32,000 nucleotides of DNA from assembly GCA_965206845.1 (NCBI GenBank), contig OZ242221.1, forward strand, positions 136,690 to 168,689, given 5' to 3'. Below the pieces are notes generated by a model. It searched no databases. It saw nothing but the letters and a program-made list of their open reading frames with translations, and was not told where the DNA came from. This document shows, in pieces, positions 1 through 8,080 of the stretch; within the stretch, counting starts at the first letter, position 1, and each line of letters starts with the position of its first letter. The DNA comes from Cenarchaeum sp. (lineage in GTDB: Archaea; Thermoproteota; Nitrososphaeria; Nitrososphaerales; Nitrosopumilaceae). Both the position numbers and the translations under genes were made by a program.

Positions 1-2000
1 AAGAGAGGGGCATCACAATATACCAGGCAAACGTCACGCTGTACTACATGCAGAAGGGAAGGGACTACGTCATCAATATGATCGACACGCCGGGACATGT
101 GGACTTTAGCGGCAGGGTCATCCGCAGCCTGCGGGCCATCGACGGCGCCGTGGTAGTGTGCGATGCGGTGGAGGGCATAATGACCCAGACCGAGACGGTA
201 ACCAGAATGGCCCTAGAGGAGCGGGTCAGGCCGGTGCTGTTCATCAACAAGGTGGACAGGCTCATCAAGGAGCTCAGGCTGACACCCGCAAAGATGCAGG
301 AGACCCTGGCAAGTGTTGTATCAAACTTCAATCAGCTCATAGACACCTATGCGGAGGAGGATTACCGCGAAAAGTGGAAGGTCTCGATCCAGGATGCCAG
401 CGTCACCTTTGGCTCTGCCAAGGATCGCTGGGCGATCAATCTGGACATGATGAAAGAGAAGGGGATAACGTTCAAGGATGTAATCGAGGCCTATCAGGGC
501 GAAAGGGTGGGAGATCTGGTGGAGAAGGCGCCACTAGCAGATGCGATACTGGGCATGGTCGTGAAGCACCACCCGCCGCCGGATGTGGCGCAAAAGTACA
601 GAATCCCAAAGATATGGCACGGGGATCTCAAATCAGACATAGGGCAGTCGCTACTGGCCTGCAAGGACGACGGACCTGCCATCATGATGGTTGTAAACAT
701 GGTACTGGATAAGGCAGCGGGCCCCGTAGCCATTGGCAGACTCTTCTCGGGCACCGTAAGGGATGGCCAGACGGTTCGCATCATAGACGCGAAACGGGAC
801 GGTCGGATCCAGTCAGTGAACTTTTTCATGGGGAATCAGAGGGAGCAGGTGGGCGAGCTGGGCGCAGGTAACATTCCCGCACTTTTGGGAATAACGGAGG
901 CCCGTGCAGGTAACACACTCTCGTCTGTAAAAGGAATCCAGGTCTTTGAGGGCGTCCGGTACGTGTCTGAGCCCGTGGTTCAGATAGCCATTGAGCCCAG
1001 ACACCCCAAGGATCTTCCAAAGCTGGTCGAGACCCTCAAGCAGCTTACCATAGAGGATCCTAACCTGGTAGTCAAAATAAACGAGGAGAGCGGCGAGACC
1101 ATAATAGCCGGCATGGGTGTCCTGCACTTGGACGTGGCAACGCACCGCATTCAGGACACCAAGATAGACATCATAACATCAGAGCCCCTGATCAACTACA
1201 GAGAGACGGTAAAGGCCCCCTGTAGGCCCATCATGGCAAAGTCTCCAAACAGGCACAACAAGATCTTTATGAAAGTGGAGCCTCTGGAGCCTACCATCGC
1301 CGAGATGCTCCGATCCGGCCAGATATCTGACATGAAAGACAAGCAGGAAGTTACCGCACTGCTCAAGAAGGAAGGATGGGACACGGACACCATAAAGAGG
1401 ATCATGAAGTTTGACTCCCGCGGAAATGTGCTCATCAACGGCACAAAGGGTGTACAGTTTATTCAAGAGTCGATGGACTCGATCAACTCGGGATTCGAGG
1501 ATGTGATGAAGGAGGGCCCACTGTGCAAGGAACAGGTAAGGAACTGCAAGTTCTTGTTTACGCACTTTGTGCCACACGAGGATCCGGCCCACAGGGGACT
1601 GTCCCAGCTGGGACCGGCTTCCAGGCGCGCCTGCCTGGGTTCCCTCCTTACTGCCGGCACCACAATACTAGAGCCTGTGCTAGCCATCGAGGTCAGGGTG
1701 CCAACGGATCTGGTAGGCAATGTTGCCACGGTTCTTTCAGGAAAGCGCGGCAGGGTGCTGAACATGGCACAGAAGGGGGCCGCAAGCATAGTTACCGGCG
1801 AGCTACCTGCGGCAGAGACGTTCACGCTATCTGAGGACATGCGCGGCCAGACCGCCGGCAGGGCGATGTGGAACACCCACTTCAAGGCGTGGGCCGAGGT
1901 GCCCAAATCCATGATAACGACCGTCATCGCAGAGCTTAGAAAGAGAAAGGGCCTTCCGCCAGAGTCGCCTCCCGCAAGCGAGTTCATCGACAAGGAGTAG
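1..2000 (+). CDS. fusA: Translation elongation factor 2 (aEF-2), 5' end cut by window edge
   Basis: Frame 3 is open from nt 3 (ERGITIYQANVTLYY...) to the stop at 1998-2000. It has the GTPase motifs DTPGHVDF and NKVDR and the diphthamide-loop HEDPAHRG typical of archaeal/eukaryotic EF-2. Confidence 0.95.
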   Translation, partial: ERGITIYQANVTLYYMQKGRDYVINMIDTPGHVDFSGRVIRSLRAIDGAVVVCDAVEGIMTQTETVTRMALEERVRPVLFINKVDRLIKELRLTPAKMQETLASVVSNFNQLIDTYAEEDYREKWKVSIQDASVTFGSAKDRWAINLDMMKEKGITFKDVIEAYQGERVGDLVEKAPLADAILGMVVKHHPPPDVAQKYRIPKIWHGDLKSDIGQSLLACKDDGPAIMMVVNMVLDKAAGPVAIGRLFSGTVRDGQTVRIIDAKRDGRIQSVNFFMGNQREQVGELGAGNIPALLGITEARAGNTLSSVKGIQVFEGVRYVSEPVVQIAIEPRHPKDLPKLVETLKQLTIEDPNLVVKINEESGETIIAGMGVLHLDVATHRIQDTKIDIITSEPLINYRETVKAPCRPIMAKSPNRHNKIFMKVEPLEPTIAEMLRSGQISDMKDKQEVTALLKKEGWDTDTIKRIMKFDSRGNVLINGTKGVQFIQESMDSINSGFEDVMKEGPLCKEQVRNCKFLFTHFVPHEDPAHRGLSQLGPASRRACLGSLLTAGTTILEPVLAIEVRVPTDLVGNVATVLSGKRGRVLNMAQKGAASIVTGELPAAETFTLSEDMRGQTAGRAMWNTHFKAWAEVPKSMITTVIAELRKRKGLPPESPPASEFIDKE

Positions 2001-2077
2001 CCCCGCCGCCTGCGCGCGCAAGACTGTCCGGATCCAAAACCGAAGAAATAAAAAACGTGCACTGTCTAAACCAATGC

Positions 2078-2272
2078 ATGGCAGTACTTGAGGGACTGGT
2101 AATTCTGACGATCATCCTGGCGGCAGGATTCATCGGGTATCATACCTGGCAGGACTGGCTCCAGCACGACGAGGCGGAAAGCCACATGCTTGGCCCAGAA
2201 CACGAAACCGCAGAAATCTACCTGCAGGGCACACACGCCGTACAGCGAATCCACTGGACAGAGACCCTCTAG
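2078..2272 (+). CDS. Hypothetical small membrane protein (64 aa)
   Basis: ATG at 2078 begins MAVLEGLVILTIILAAGFIGYHTW, one clear hydrophobic helix. An A/T-rich TATA-like box (aaataaaaaa, 2045-2055) lies about 28 nt upstream, matching the leaderless geometry seen elsewhere. No family recognised. Confidence 0.35.
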   Translation: MAVLEGLVILTIILAAGFIGYHTWQDWLQHDEAESHMLGPEHETAEIYLQGTHAVQRIHWTETL

Positions 2273-2284
2273 GGCAGAATCCCT

Positions 2285-2878
2285 TCACACCTTGAGCGTG
2301 AGCTCCTCTCCGTTTCCGATGGGAACGGTTACCGTGCGCACACCGTCCTTTGAGCGTATGTGGCGCCTAAGGCCATCCATTGTGCCCCTGTACTTTTTCG
2401 GATAAAGCATGTTGTCCACCAGTATCATTCCGCCGGGCCGGATCAGATCCAGCGCTCGATCAAAGTACTCCACCACGTTCTCCTTGTCTGCATCAATGAA
2501 TGCAAAGTCAAACATCCCCTTCAGCTGGCGCAGCACATCTGGCGCACCGCCCACAAGCACCTCCACATTCGAGATTCCTGCCTCTTCAAAATTCTTCCTA
2601 GCCCTTTGCACCTTTGACGGGTTATGCTCAATTGTAGTAACCCTACCACCGTTTCGGTACACGGCTTCTGCCATCCATATGGTAGAGTATCCCGCGGAGG
2701 TGCCTACCTCCAGCACGTTTGCAAACCTATTGCCGTACAGCAGCATGTTGAGGAACCTGCCGGTGTCCTCTGTTATGGCAAGCATTCTGTCCCCGGGCGA
2801 CACGCTCCTCTTCCTGGATTTCTCCTCCTGCGATTCGCGGCCGAGTCTGTCAAGAACGCGGGCGATCTTCTCATCCAT
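2285..2878 (-). CDS. Class I SAM-dependent O-methyltransferase (caffeoyl-CoA O-methyltransferase-like, family 3)
   Basis: It has the SAM-binding motif VLEVGTSAGYST and the downstream FAFIDADKEN and GGMILVDN motifs typical of the Methyltransf_3 family. I chose the internal ATG at 2878 (MDEKIARVL...) because a TATA-like tttaaaatac sits about 25-30 nt upstream on the minus strand. The ORF itself extends to 2956. Confidence 0.85.
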   Translation of the reverse strand: MDEKIARVLDRLGRESQEEKSRKRSVSPGDRMLAITEDTGRFLNMLLYGNRFANVLEVGTSAGYSTIWMAEAVYRNGGRVTTIEHNPSKVQRARKNFEEAGISNVEVLVGGAPDVLRQLKGMFDFAFIDADKENVVEYFDRALDLIRPGGMILVDNMLYPKKYRGTMDGLRRHIRSKDGVRTVTVPIGNGEELTLKV

Positions 2879-2993
2879 GCACGGTATGATCCCGAAGTTG
2901 TATTTTAAACCCAGGCGCGCTTGCACCGGGATTTGGATCCACGCCGCACCAAACACGTTAAATTATATTTGCTGAAATGTCCCTTTTGGTAAG

Positions 2994-3368
2994 TTGGTAA
3001 ACAAGAGCGTAGGACTCGATCTCATCGAGGGCATATTGGATCTGGATCCGCAGATGAGGTGTGCAGCCCTCATAGACATGAACGGAGAGATAGTCGAGTC
3101 CATCATGAGAGAAGGAAAGCAGTCACTAAAGTCGCAGATGGAGGAGGAGTACCTCTGTAGACAGGCAGCGCAACAGAGAACCATAAGGGATCAGCTCAAC
3201 GATCCCTTGGGAAGGGTAAGGTACGTGCATGTGGAGCGGGAGAACGTTACCCAGATGGTAGTCTACGCCAAGCGGTTTACGCTCTACTTTACCATAGAGC
3301 CAGAGATAGCAATACGCGAGAAGGAGAGCATAACAAACAGGGCCAAAAGAATGATTTCACACATATGA
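2994..3368 (+). CDS. Hypothetical protein, tentatively Roadblock/LC7 (MglB)-like
   Basis: 124-aa ORF with a TTG start. The N-terminal pattern LDLIEGILDLDPQMRCAALIDMNGEIVES resembles the Roadblock/LC7 opening strand-helix. A TATA-like ttaaattatattt (about 2958-2970) lies upstream. The family call is weak. Confidence 0.5.
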   Translation: MVNKSVGLDLIEGILDLDPQMRCAALIDMNGEIVESIMREGKQSLKSQMEEEYLCRQAAQQRTIRDQLNDPLGRVRYVHVERENVTQMVVYAKRFTLYFTIEPEIAIREKESITNRAKRMISHI

Positions 3369-3731
3369 GATCGCACCGGATCTTTGGACTCGGATCACAA
3401 CAGTGTGCATGCCCGAAGGCAGCACGGCGGATCTGACCGGTACGCATCTTCAGGATGCATCGCATCCTAGCGCGGCAGCTCCGGTCACATGTCCGGTGCA
3501 TGGATCTCACAGGATGTGACGGTACCGTTCCAGACGTATGCTATAACTTACATGGTGCAAATTGCAAAAAGCAGTTGCCCCGAAGCCCGATCGCCGCAAG
3601 AACGCCCTTGGAGTCCAGACTTGATGCCCAAGCGCCTCAAAGGCGATGTACGAAGTAGCTGGTTTCTAGGGGTGCAGACAGTACCAGCGCCTGATGCTAT
3701 ACTTTTAATTGAGCGGCATGAGATCCCAGCC

Positions 3732-4133
3732 ATGTCGTCATACTTTACCCTGGTCTCGGCCAACGCTGCACTGCCTGAGGTCATTAAAAGGTACAAGTTT
3801 GTCTTGCAGTGCAAGGCAGAGGTAGTAAAAGCAGAAGAACAGATGCAGATAGCCGTATCCAATGACGCAAGGTTGGAGGAACATGTCAGAATAAAACAGG
3901 ATCTTAACTCAAAAGTGATAAAATACTACCGTGCAATCGAGCATCTAGAGCTGACCGGCGTGGCAATAAAGAGCATAGATGACGGTCTTTTGGACTTTCC
4001 CGCTAGGCGCTTTGATGAGGACATCTGGCTGTGCTGGAAGGACGGCGAGATCCAGGTCAAGTTTTGGCACGAAAAGCACACCGGGTTTATGGGACGAAAG
4101 CCGGTGGAAGTGAGCAACGAATCGCTGGTTTGA
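3732..4133 (+). CDS. DUF2203-like conserved protein
   Basis: The internal ATG at 3732 (MSSYFTLVSANAALPEV...) is followed by a coiled-coil and a C-terminal GVAIKSIDDGLLDFPARRFDEDIWLCWKDGEIQVKFWHEKHTGFMGRKP, which matches my memory of the DUF2203 signature. A TATA-like tatacttttaatt lies about 25 nt upstream. The upstream 81 codons of the ORF look non-coding. Confidence 0.65.
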   Translation: MSSYFTLVSANAALPEVIKRYKFVLQCKAEVVKAEEQMQIAVSNDARLEEHVRIKQDLNSKVIKYYRAIEHLELTGVAIKSIDDGLLDFPARRFDEDIWLCWKDGEIQVKFWHEKHTGFMGRKPVEVSNESLV

Positions 4134-5015
4134 ATGCTGTCGGTCTGGTTCAGGGTAATTCGTGTCCGCTTTCTTCTGTCATCAGTGCTTGCAGTATCTG
4201 CAAGCCTTGCGATAAACTGGTGGCTCCATTCATCGATTGACGTTTTTGATGCGGCTCTTACCATGGGCGGAGTCATGGCGCTGCATGCCAGCGTGGATCT
4301 GCTCAACGACTACTGGGACTTTAAGCGCGGAATCGATACAAAGACGCAGCGCACAGGCATGAGTGGCGGAACAGGCGTCCTCCCCGAGGGGCTGCTCCAG
4401 CCCGCACAGGTGTACCGTGCCGGGATCATGTCCCTTGCAGCAGGAGTGGCAGTCGGGGCATATTTTGTCGTAACAGATGGATTCGTCATTGCCGTACTGC
4501 TGATCTTTGCTGTTGTCTCGATCTACTTTTACTCCACAAAGATCGTGGACTCGGGGCTGGCAGAGATATTTGTTGCAATAAAGGGAACATGTATCGTACT
4601 GGGGGCCTACTATATCCAGGCAGGTGACATTCCGGTACCTGCAGCTCTGGGAGGAGTAGTGATCGGCATACTGTCAGCCATGGTCTTGCTCATCACATCA
4701 TTTCCCGACCACGATGCAGACAGATCCCAAGGCCGCAAGACGCTAGTGGTAGCTTGGGGAAGGAAGAGGGCCGCACGCGTCTTTTGGATATTTCCTGCAG
4801 CCGCCTATGGAGTTGTTCTGATATCGGTAGCCGCAGACATCTTCTCACCTCCGGTGCTGATCACGCTACTGGCAGCTCCAATAGTTCTCTGGTCCGGCAT
4901 TGGCCTGCAGAAGAGCCTTGATGACGTCGGTAGAATCGTGCCCGTGATGAGCGCGACGCTCAAGTTTTCGAGGCTGGCAGGTGCACTGCTTGTGGCAGGT
5001 TTTCTGCTCTCGTGA
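4134..5015 (+). CDS. UbiA-superfamily aromatic prenyltransferase, MenA-like (1,4-dihydroxy-2-naphthoate prenyltransferase-like)
   Basis: Polytopic hydrophobic protein with the first Asp-rich motif NDYWDFKRGID and the second motif DHDADRSQGRKTL. The ATG directly abuts the stop of the preceding gene (TGAATG). Confidence 0.8.
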   Translation: MLSVWFRVIRVRFLLSSVLAVSASLAINWWLHSSIDVFDAALTMGGVMALHASVDLLNDYWDFKRGIDTKTQRTGMSGGTGVLPEGLLQPAQVYRAGIMSLAAGVAVGAYFVVTDGFVIAVLLIFAVVSIYFYSTKIVDSGLAEIFVAIKGTCIVLGAYYIQAGDIPVPAALGGVVIGILSAMVLLITSFPDHDADRSQGRKTLVVAWGRKRAARVFWIFPAAAYGVVLISVAADIFSPPVLITLLAAPIVLWSGIGLQKSLDDVGRIVPVMSATLKFSRLAGALLVAGFLLS

Positions 5016-5157
5016 CAGGCGTAGCCGCCGATCCTCGTACGCCTACTGTAGCAGGTAGCCCGGACCTGCGCGCTACGGGACAGGAGTCCCGAAAGGGCCA
5101 CTCTGGATGCGCGTGTCGGGCACGGATCGGAGATCTGGCGTACGGATCTGGCCACAT

Positions 5158-5331
5158 TTAGCCGGACTCTGTAAGATAATAGTGCAGCTCGGTATAACAC
5201 TCATTGCAGTACTCCTGGCTACCTGTGTGCTCGCAGTCATGAACCTTCTTCACGTCCTTCTTGCATTTTTTACAAACCGGCACACTCTGATCTGCAAACC
5301 GCGATATTTTAAGCCTGATCGTATCCGCCAT
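5158..5331 (-). CDS. Small Cys-rich (zinc-ribbon-like) protein, 57 aa, below the ORF-track cutoff
   Basis: Hand translation of the minus strand gives MADTIRLKISRFADQSVPVCKKCKKDVKKVHDCEHTGSQEYCNECYTELHYYLTESG*. It contains the pairs CxxC...CxxC plus His/Cys. A/T-rich catattt lies about 24 nt upstream of the ATG. Confidence 0.45.
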   Translation of the reverse strand: MADTIRLKISRFADQSVPVCKKCKKDVKKVHDCEHTGSQEYCNECYTELHYYLTESG

Positions 5332-5376
5332 GGCTACGGATCCGCAGAACGATCCAAATATGCAAGAATTTTGTGT

Positions 5377-5736
5377 TTAGAGCATGCGTTTGCCACGTGG
5401 GGCACTCTCCAGCTGCTTCTTCAGCTCGAGATTCTCCCTTTGAAGCTTGGAGTTCTCTGCCTGCAGCGTCGCAACTGAGTTCTGCCTGTTATACAGCGGG
5501 TGCCCTGGCGGAATGATCCCCGGGTTTGCCATGGTGAGCAGCCCGGCTGCATGCCTTTGAAGCATGCGGGTGTAGTCATCCAGTTTTGCTTGCGGAACGA
5601 TCTCTTGTATCCCCTGTGGGCGAGGCATGAGTGGCTGATCTCTCACTCCCGGTGGCAGCCTAGGAAACTGCAGTGCCATAGATGTGATGGGATCCATGCC
5701 ATAAAGGCCCATCAAGTGTCTAGTAATGTGATCCAT
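5377..5736 (-). CDS. Hypothetical protein with C-terminal coiled-coil (119 aa)
   Basis: ORF with an ATG start. A TATA-like ctaaaaatatgg lies about 25-30 nt upstream on the minus strand (5757-5768). It has a Pro/Gly-rich middle and a heptad-like tail ATLQAENSKLQRENLELKKQLE. No family recognised. Confidence 0.45.
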   Translation of the reverse strand: MDHITRHLMGLYGMDPITSMALQFPRLPPGVRDQPLMPRPQGIQEIVPQAKLDDYTRMLQRHAAGLLTMANPGIIPPGHPLYNRQNSVATLQAENSKLQRENLELKKQLESAPRGKRML

Positions 5737-5892
5737 GTCTGGTCTACGGTTGTTGCCATATTTTTAGTTGTCTTGTCGGGAGCCGATCATCCCAGACCCG
5801 TAGACGCTGGAGCGCCAGCGGCTCCCGCATCAAGGCTGGGCGCATCAGCAATGATCTGTGTACGCCCGGCGACGCCATTCGGCGAGGCCGAC

Positions 5893-6693
5893 CTAGCCCA
5901 CGTACTCGTACACGTTGTAGATGTCCCCGGTAAACCTCGAGCGGTACCGCCACTCGTTGTTCTTCCATATGATCCGCTTGAAGCGTTGCTGCATCGAAGG
6001 GTGCAGCCTGGTATAAACATCATGGCCCACAAGAATTTGATCCGGTTTTGCTTGGGCCTGTACCTTGGATGCGATGTTCATTGCAGGCCCCATCAGATCC
6101 ACATGGGACTTGATGGGATCTCCACCGTATCGAACTACAATGTTCTTTCCAAAGTCTATGCCAATCTTTACCTTCAGGTCGGGGTAGTCATACTGGATCA
6201 GTACCGGATTGATCCCCTTCTGGATTACACTAATCATGGATCTTGCGCACCCTACTGCGTTGTCTGATGCGATGAGCGGATTCCTCTCTGCCACAAAGTA
6301 CGCAAGAACTGCATCGCCTATGAACTTGAGAACGTATCCGCCGTACTGTTTTACTACATACGCCATCTCCTGAGCAAAGGAGCTTATGATGATTGCCAGC
6401 TTGTCCTCGGGCATCTCCAGTGTCATGTTTGTAGATCCTACCAGATCTACATACAGCACCAGCATGTCTATTCTCGAAAAGACCCTGGATCGAAGGTACC
6501 TGTCGGACTCGTCCACCATGGGCGTGTACTCGTAGCCCTTCTTCAGGGCGGCCCAGACTCTCTTCTGGGTGTCCTTGATCAGTGAATCGACATCTCGAAC
6601 CACCGAGCCGCGGCTTCCCAGAAGAACGTCTATCACGTTATACTCCGCGCCACTGCCCGGATCGTTTGTAGCGGAGTCTGATTCGTCAATCAT
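5893..6693 (-). CDS. Class III nucleotidyl (adenylate/guanylate) cyclase catalytic-domain protein
   Basis: It has both metal-binding Asp motifs (VLYVDLVGST and KFIGDAVLAYF), the beta-hairpin GIDFG and the transition-state motif GPAMNIASK (NxxxR in canonical enzymes, with Lys here). Confidence 0.8.
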   Translation of the reverse strand: MIDESDSATNDPGSGAEYNVIDVLLGSRGSVVRDVDSLIKDTQKRVWAALKKGYEYTPMVDESDRYLRSRVFSRIDMLVLYVDLVGSTNMTLEMPEDKLAIIISSFAQEMAYVVKQYGGYVLKFIGDAVLAYFVAERNPLIASDNAVGCARSMISVIQKGINPVLIQYDYPDLKVKIGIDFGKNIVVRYGGDPIKSHVDLMGPAMNIASKVQAQAKPDQILVGHDVYTRLHPSMQQRFKRIIWKNNEWRYRSRFTGDIYNVYEYVG

Positions 6694-6702
6694 CTATAGC
6701 AT

Positions 6703-6825
6703 CTACTCCAGAGGAAAGTCATGGCTACACTCGGGGCATCGTCCCCTTCTGCCGTGATACTTGTCATTATAGTACTCCACAATATCCTTACCGCATTCGT
6801 TACAGACGGTGTGTGTACCTGACAT
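6703..6825 (-). CDS. Tiny zinc-ribbon protein, 40 aa, below the ORF-track cutoff
   Basis: Hand translation gives MSGTHTVCNECGKDIVEYYNDKYHGRRGRCPECSHDFPLE* (CxxC...CxxC). Its stop is 9 nt upstream of the cyclase ATG on the same strand. A strong TATA (tttaatataaatag on the minus strand, about 6849-6862) lies about 25-35 nt upstream of its ATG. Confidence 0.45.
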   Translation of the reverse strand: MSGTHTVCNECGKDIVEYYNDKYHGRRGRCPECSHDFPLE

Positions 6826-7206
6826 AGCTCACCTAAACCCCGTTTCTATTTATATTAAAATGATGGCCACATTAAATGTCTGTTACACCGCATCTGGTGT
6901 GAGGGTTCATAGTGTATGGGATCGCCTGCCGTACCGGGCCAGACGCGCAAGCCTGAGACATGATCCGCAATTAAGAATCGAGCCTTCGATGCCCATAATC
7001 TTACAGATGTGTGCTCCAAAGCATGCAACTTTCGTATGATTGTGCCAAAGATCATGCTCTAATGTGCTTGCGTGCTAATTACGAATCACACCTCTGCGCC
7101 CAAGCCAAGGGGAACTGGTTCTGTGTAGTGTGGCCGGTGCAAGGTTTAATGCCGGTTGCCGCGCAGGACGTACGTGCGACTGGGCAGCAAGACACCTGAT
7201 AAATTC

Positions 7207-7971
7207 ATGGAGGAGCTTGGCTCCAGAAGCTTGGGAGTTCAGGATCTGTTTGCTGACCGCATCAAGGAGCTGACCAGGATGGTGCCTGCCAGAGTGATGC
7301 TAGGAGATAGCACGGTAACCGAGCAGGACACCTTTGATCCTGAAGGCGTACGCCGGTTCCTCGGAGACGTAGTACGGGATTTTGACGGATGGACGGTACA
7401 TGACGTGACCGTATCCAGTAACGAGGACATCCGCAGGGTATTTGCAAAGTTCGGTGTGCATGAAGGAAGCTACCGGCTGTCGGGGCACATGTCTGTGCAG
7501 TTTCACGTCCTGCTGTACTACAGGCCGGATCATCGCGTGGTGGAGTGCCAGAAGGAGCTCTCAGAGATAATCGACGTGACAAAAGAAGGCCAGAAGGGCA
7601 TGGCAGAGCTGGGGGATCGCCTGATCGTCGAGAAGCTAAGGGAGATGGGGTACGACGACCCCGACCACCAGAAGCTCTTTGAGATATTTTATGAGAACGA
7701 CGCCGTGCTAGAGAAGATACATAACAGCATACAGAGCAGTGTTGACACTGACTTTATCGAGCTGGAGAGAAGAAAGTCCAATCTCTTCCGGGAGCTGGAC
7801 AGTCTCCTAGTGGAGACGTACCAGACATCGCATGTACTCATAGACGACACACGGCTGGTGGCAGGCGAGGAGGGATACCTGTGCACTCTGGACCTAGAGT
7901 ACATCAAGAACAAAATCCTGAAGGGCTCTTTGATGCAAGAAAGATACCTGCTCGCGTCCGGCAGGCTTTGA
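7207..7971 (+). CDS. Hypothetical protein (254 aa), no family recognised
   Basis: Long ORF with protein-like composition. I prefer the ATG at 7207 (MEELGSRS...) over the TTG at 7156. It is transcribed divergently from the cyclase cluster. Confidence 0.55.
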   Translation: MEELGSRSLGVQDLFADRIKELTRMVPARVMLGDSTVTEQDTFDPEGVRRFLGDVVRDFDGWTVHDVTVSSNEDIRRVFAKFGVHEGSYRLSGHMSVQFHVLLYYRPDHRVVECQKELSEIIDVTKEGQKGMAELGDRLIVEKLREMGYDDPDHQKLFEIFYENDAVLEKIHNSIQSSVDTDFIELERRKSNLFRELDSLLVETYQTSHVLIDDTRLVAGEEGYLCTLDLEYIKNKILKGSLMQERYLLASGRL

Positions 7972-8080
7972 GCGACAGGCTGGAACAGGTCAAAACTGCC
8001 ATCAGCAGGCAGAACGGCAACCCATAGATGTTGACTGGTCAGAACAAATCAAATATACCGCATAGGATCAGAGAGGCTTG

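Noticed and set aside
65-2062. Many overlapping ORFs on both strands within the EF-2 gene (for example 158-712+ and 1463-2062-)
   Set aside because: These are typical stop-codon-poor alternative frames of a GC-rich gene, with Arg/Gly/Pro-rich nonsense translations. The EF-2 frame is unambiguous.
3369-3731. Upstream 81 codons of ORF 3489-4133, and a 7-bp palindrome aggatgc-atc-gcatcct at about 3452-3468
   Set aside because: The N-terminal extension lacks protein-like character, and the TATA box lies inside it, about 25 nt before the ATG at 3732. The palindrome is short and could occur by chance. No RNA family was recognised.
5500-6267. 255-aa plus-strand ORF
   Set aside because: It is antisense to the cyclase and to the 119-aa gene, and its translation has no motifs and odd composition. 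The cyclase frame carries clear catalytic motifs.
5893-6693. Cyclase as part of a Pycsar/CBASS-like antiphage signalling system
   Set aside because: No adjacent effector with a cNMP-binding, TIR, patatin, nuclease or multi-TM domain is present. The neighbours are housekeeping genes (menA-like, ilvA). The context looks chromosomal and conserved, not island-like. I report it only as an uncharacterised signalling module.
6866-6955. Possible C/D-box sRNA (ATGATGG ... CTGA)
   Set aside because: The spacing of about 80 nt between the boxes is too long. No acceptable D' or C' boxes occur at 12-nt guide spacing. No terminal stem is present.
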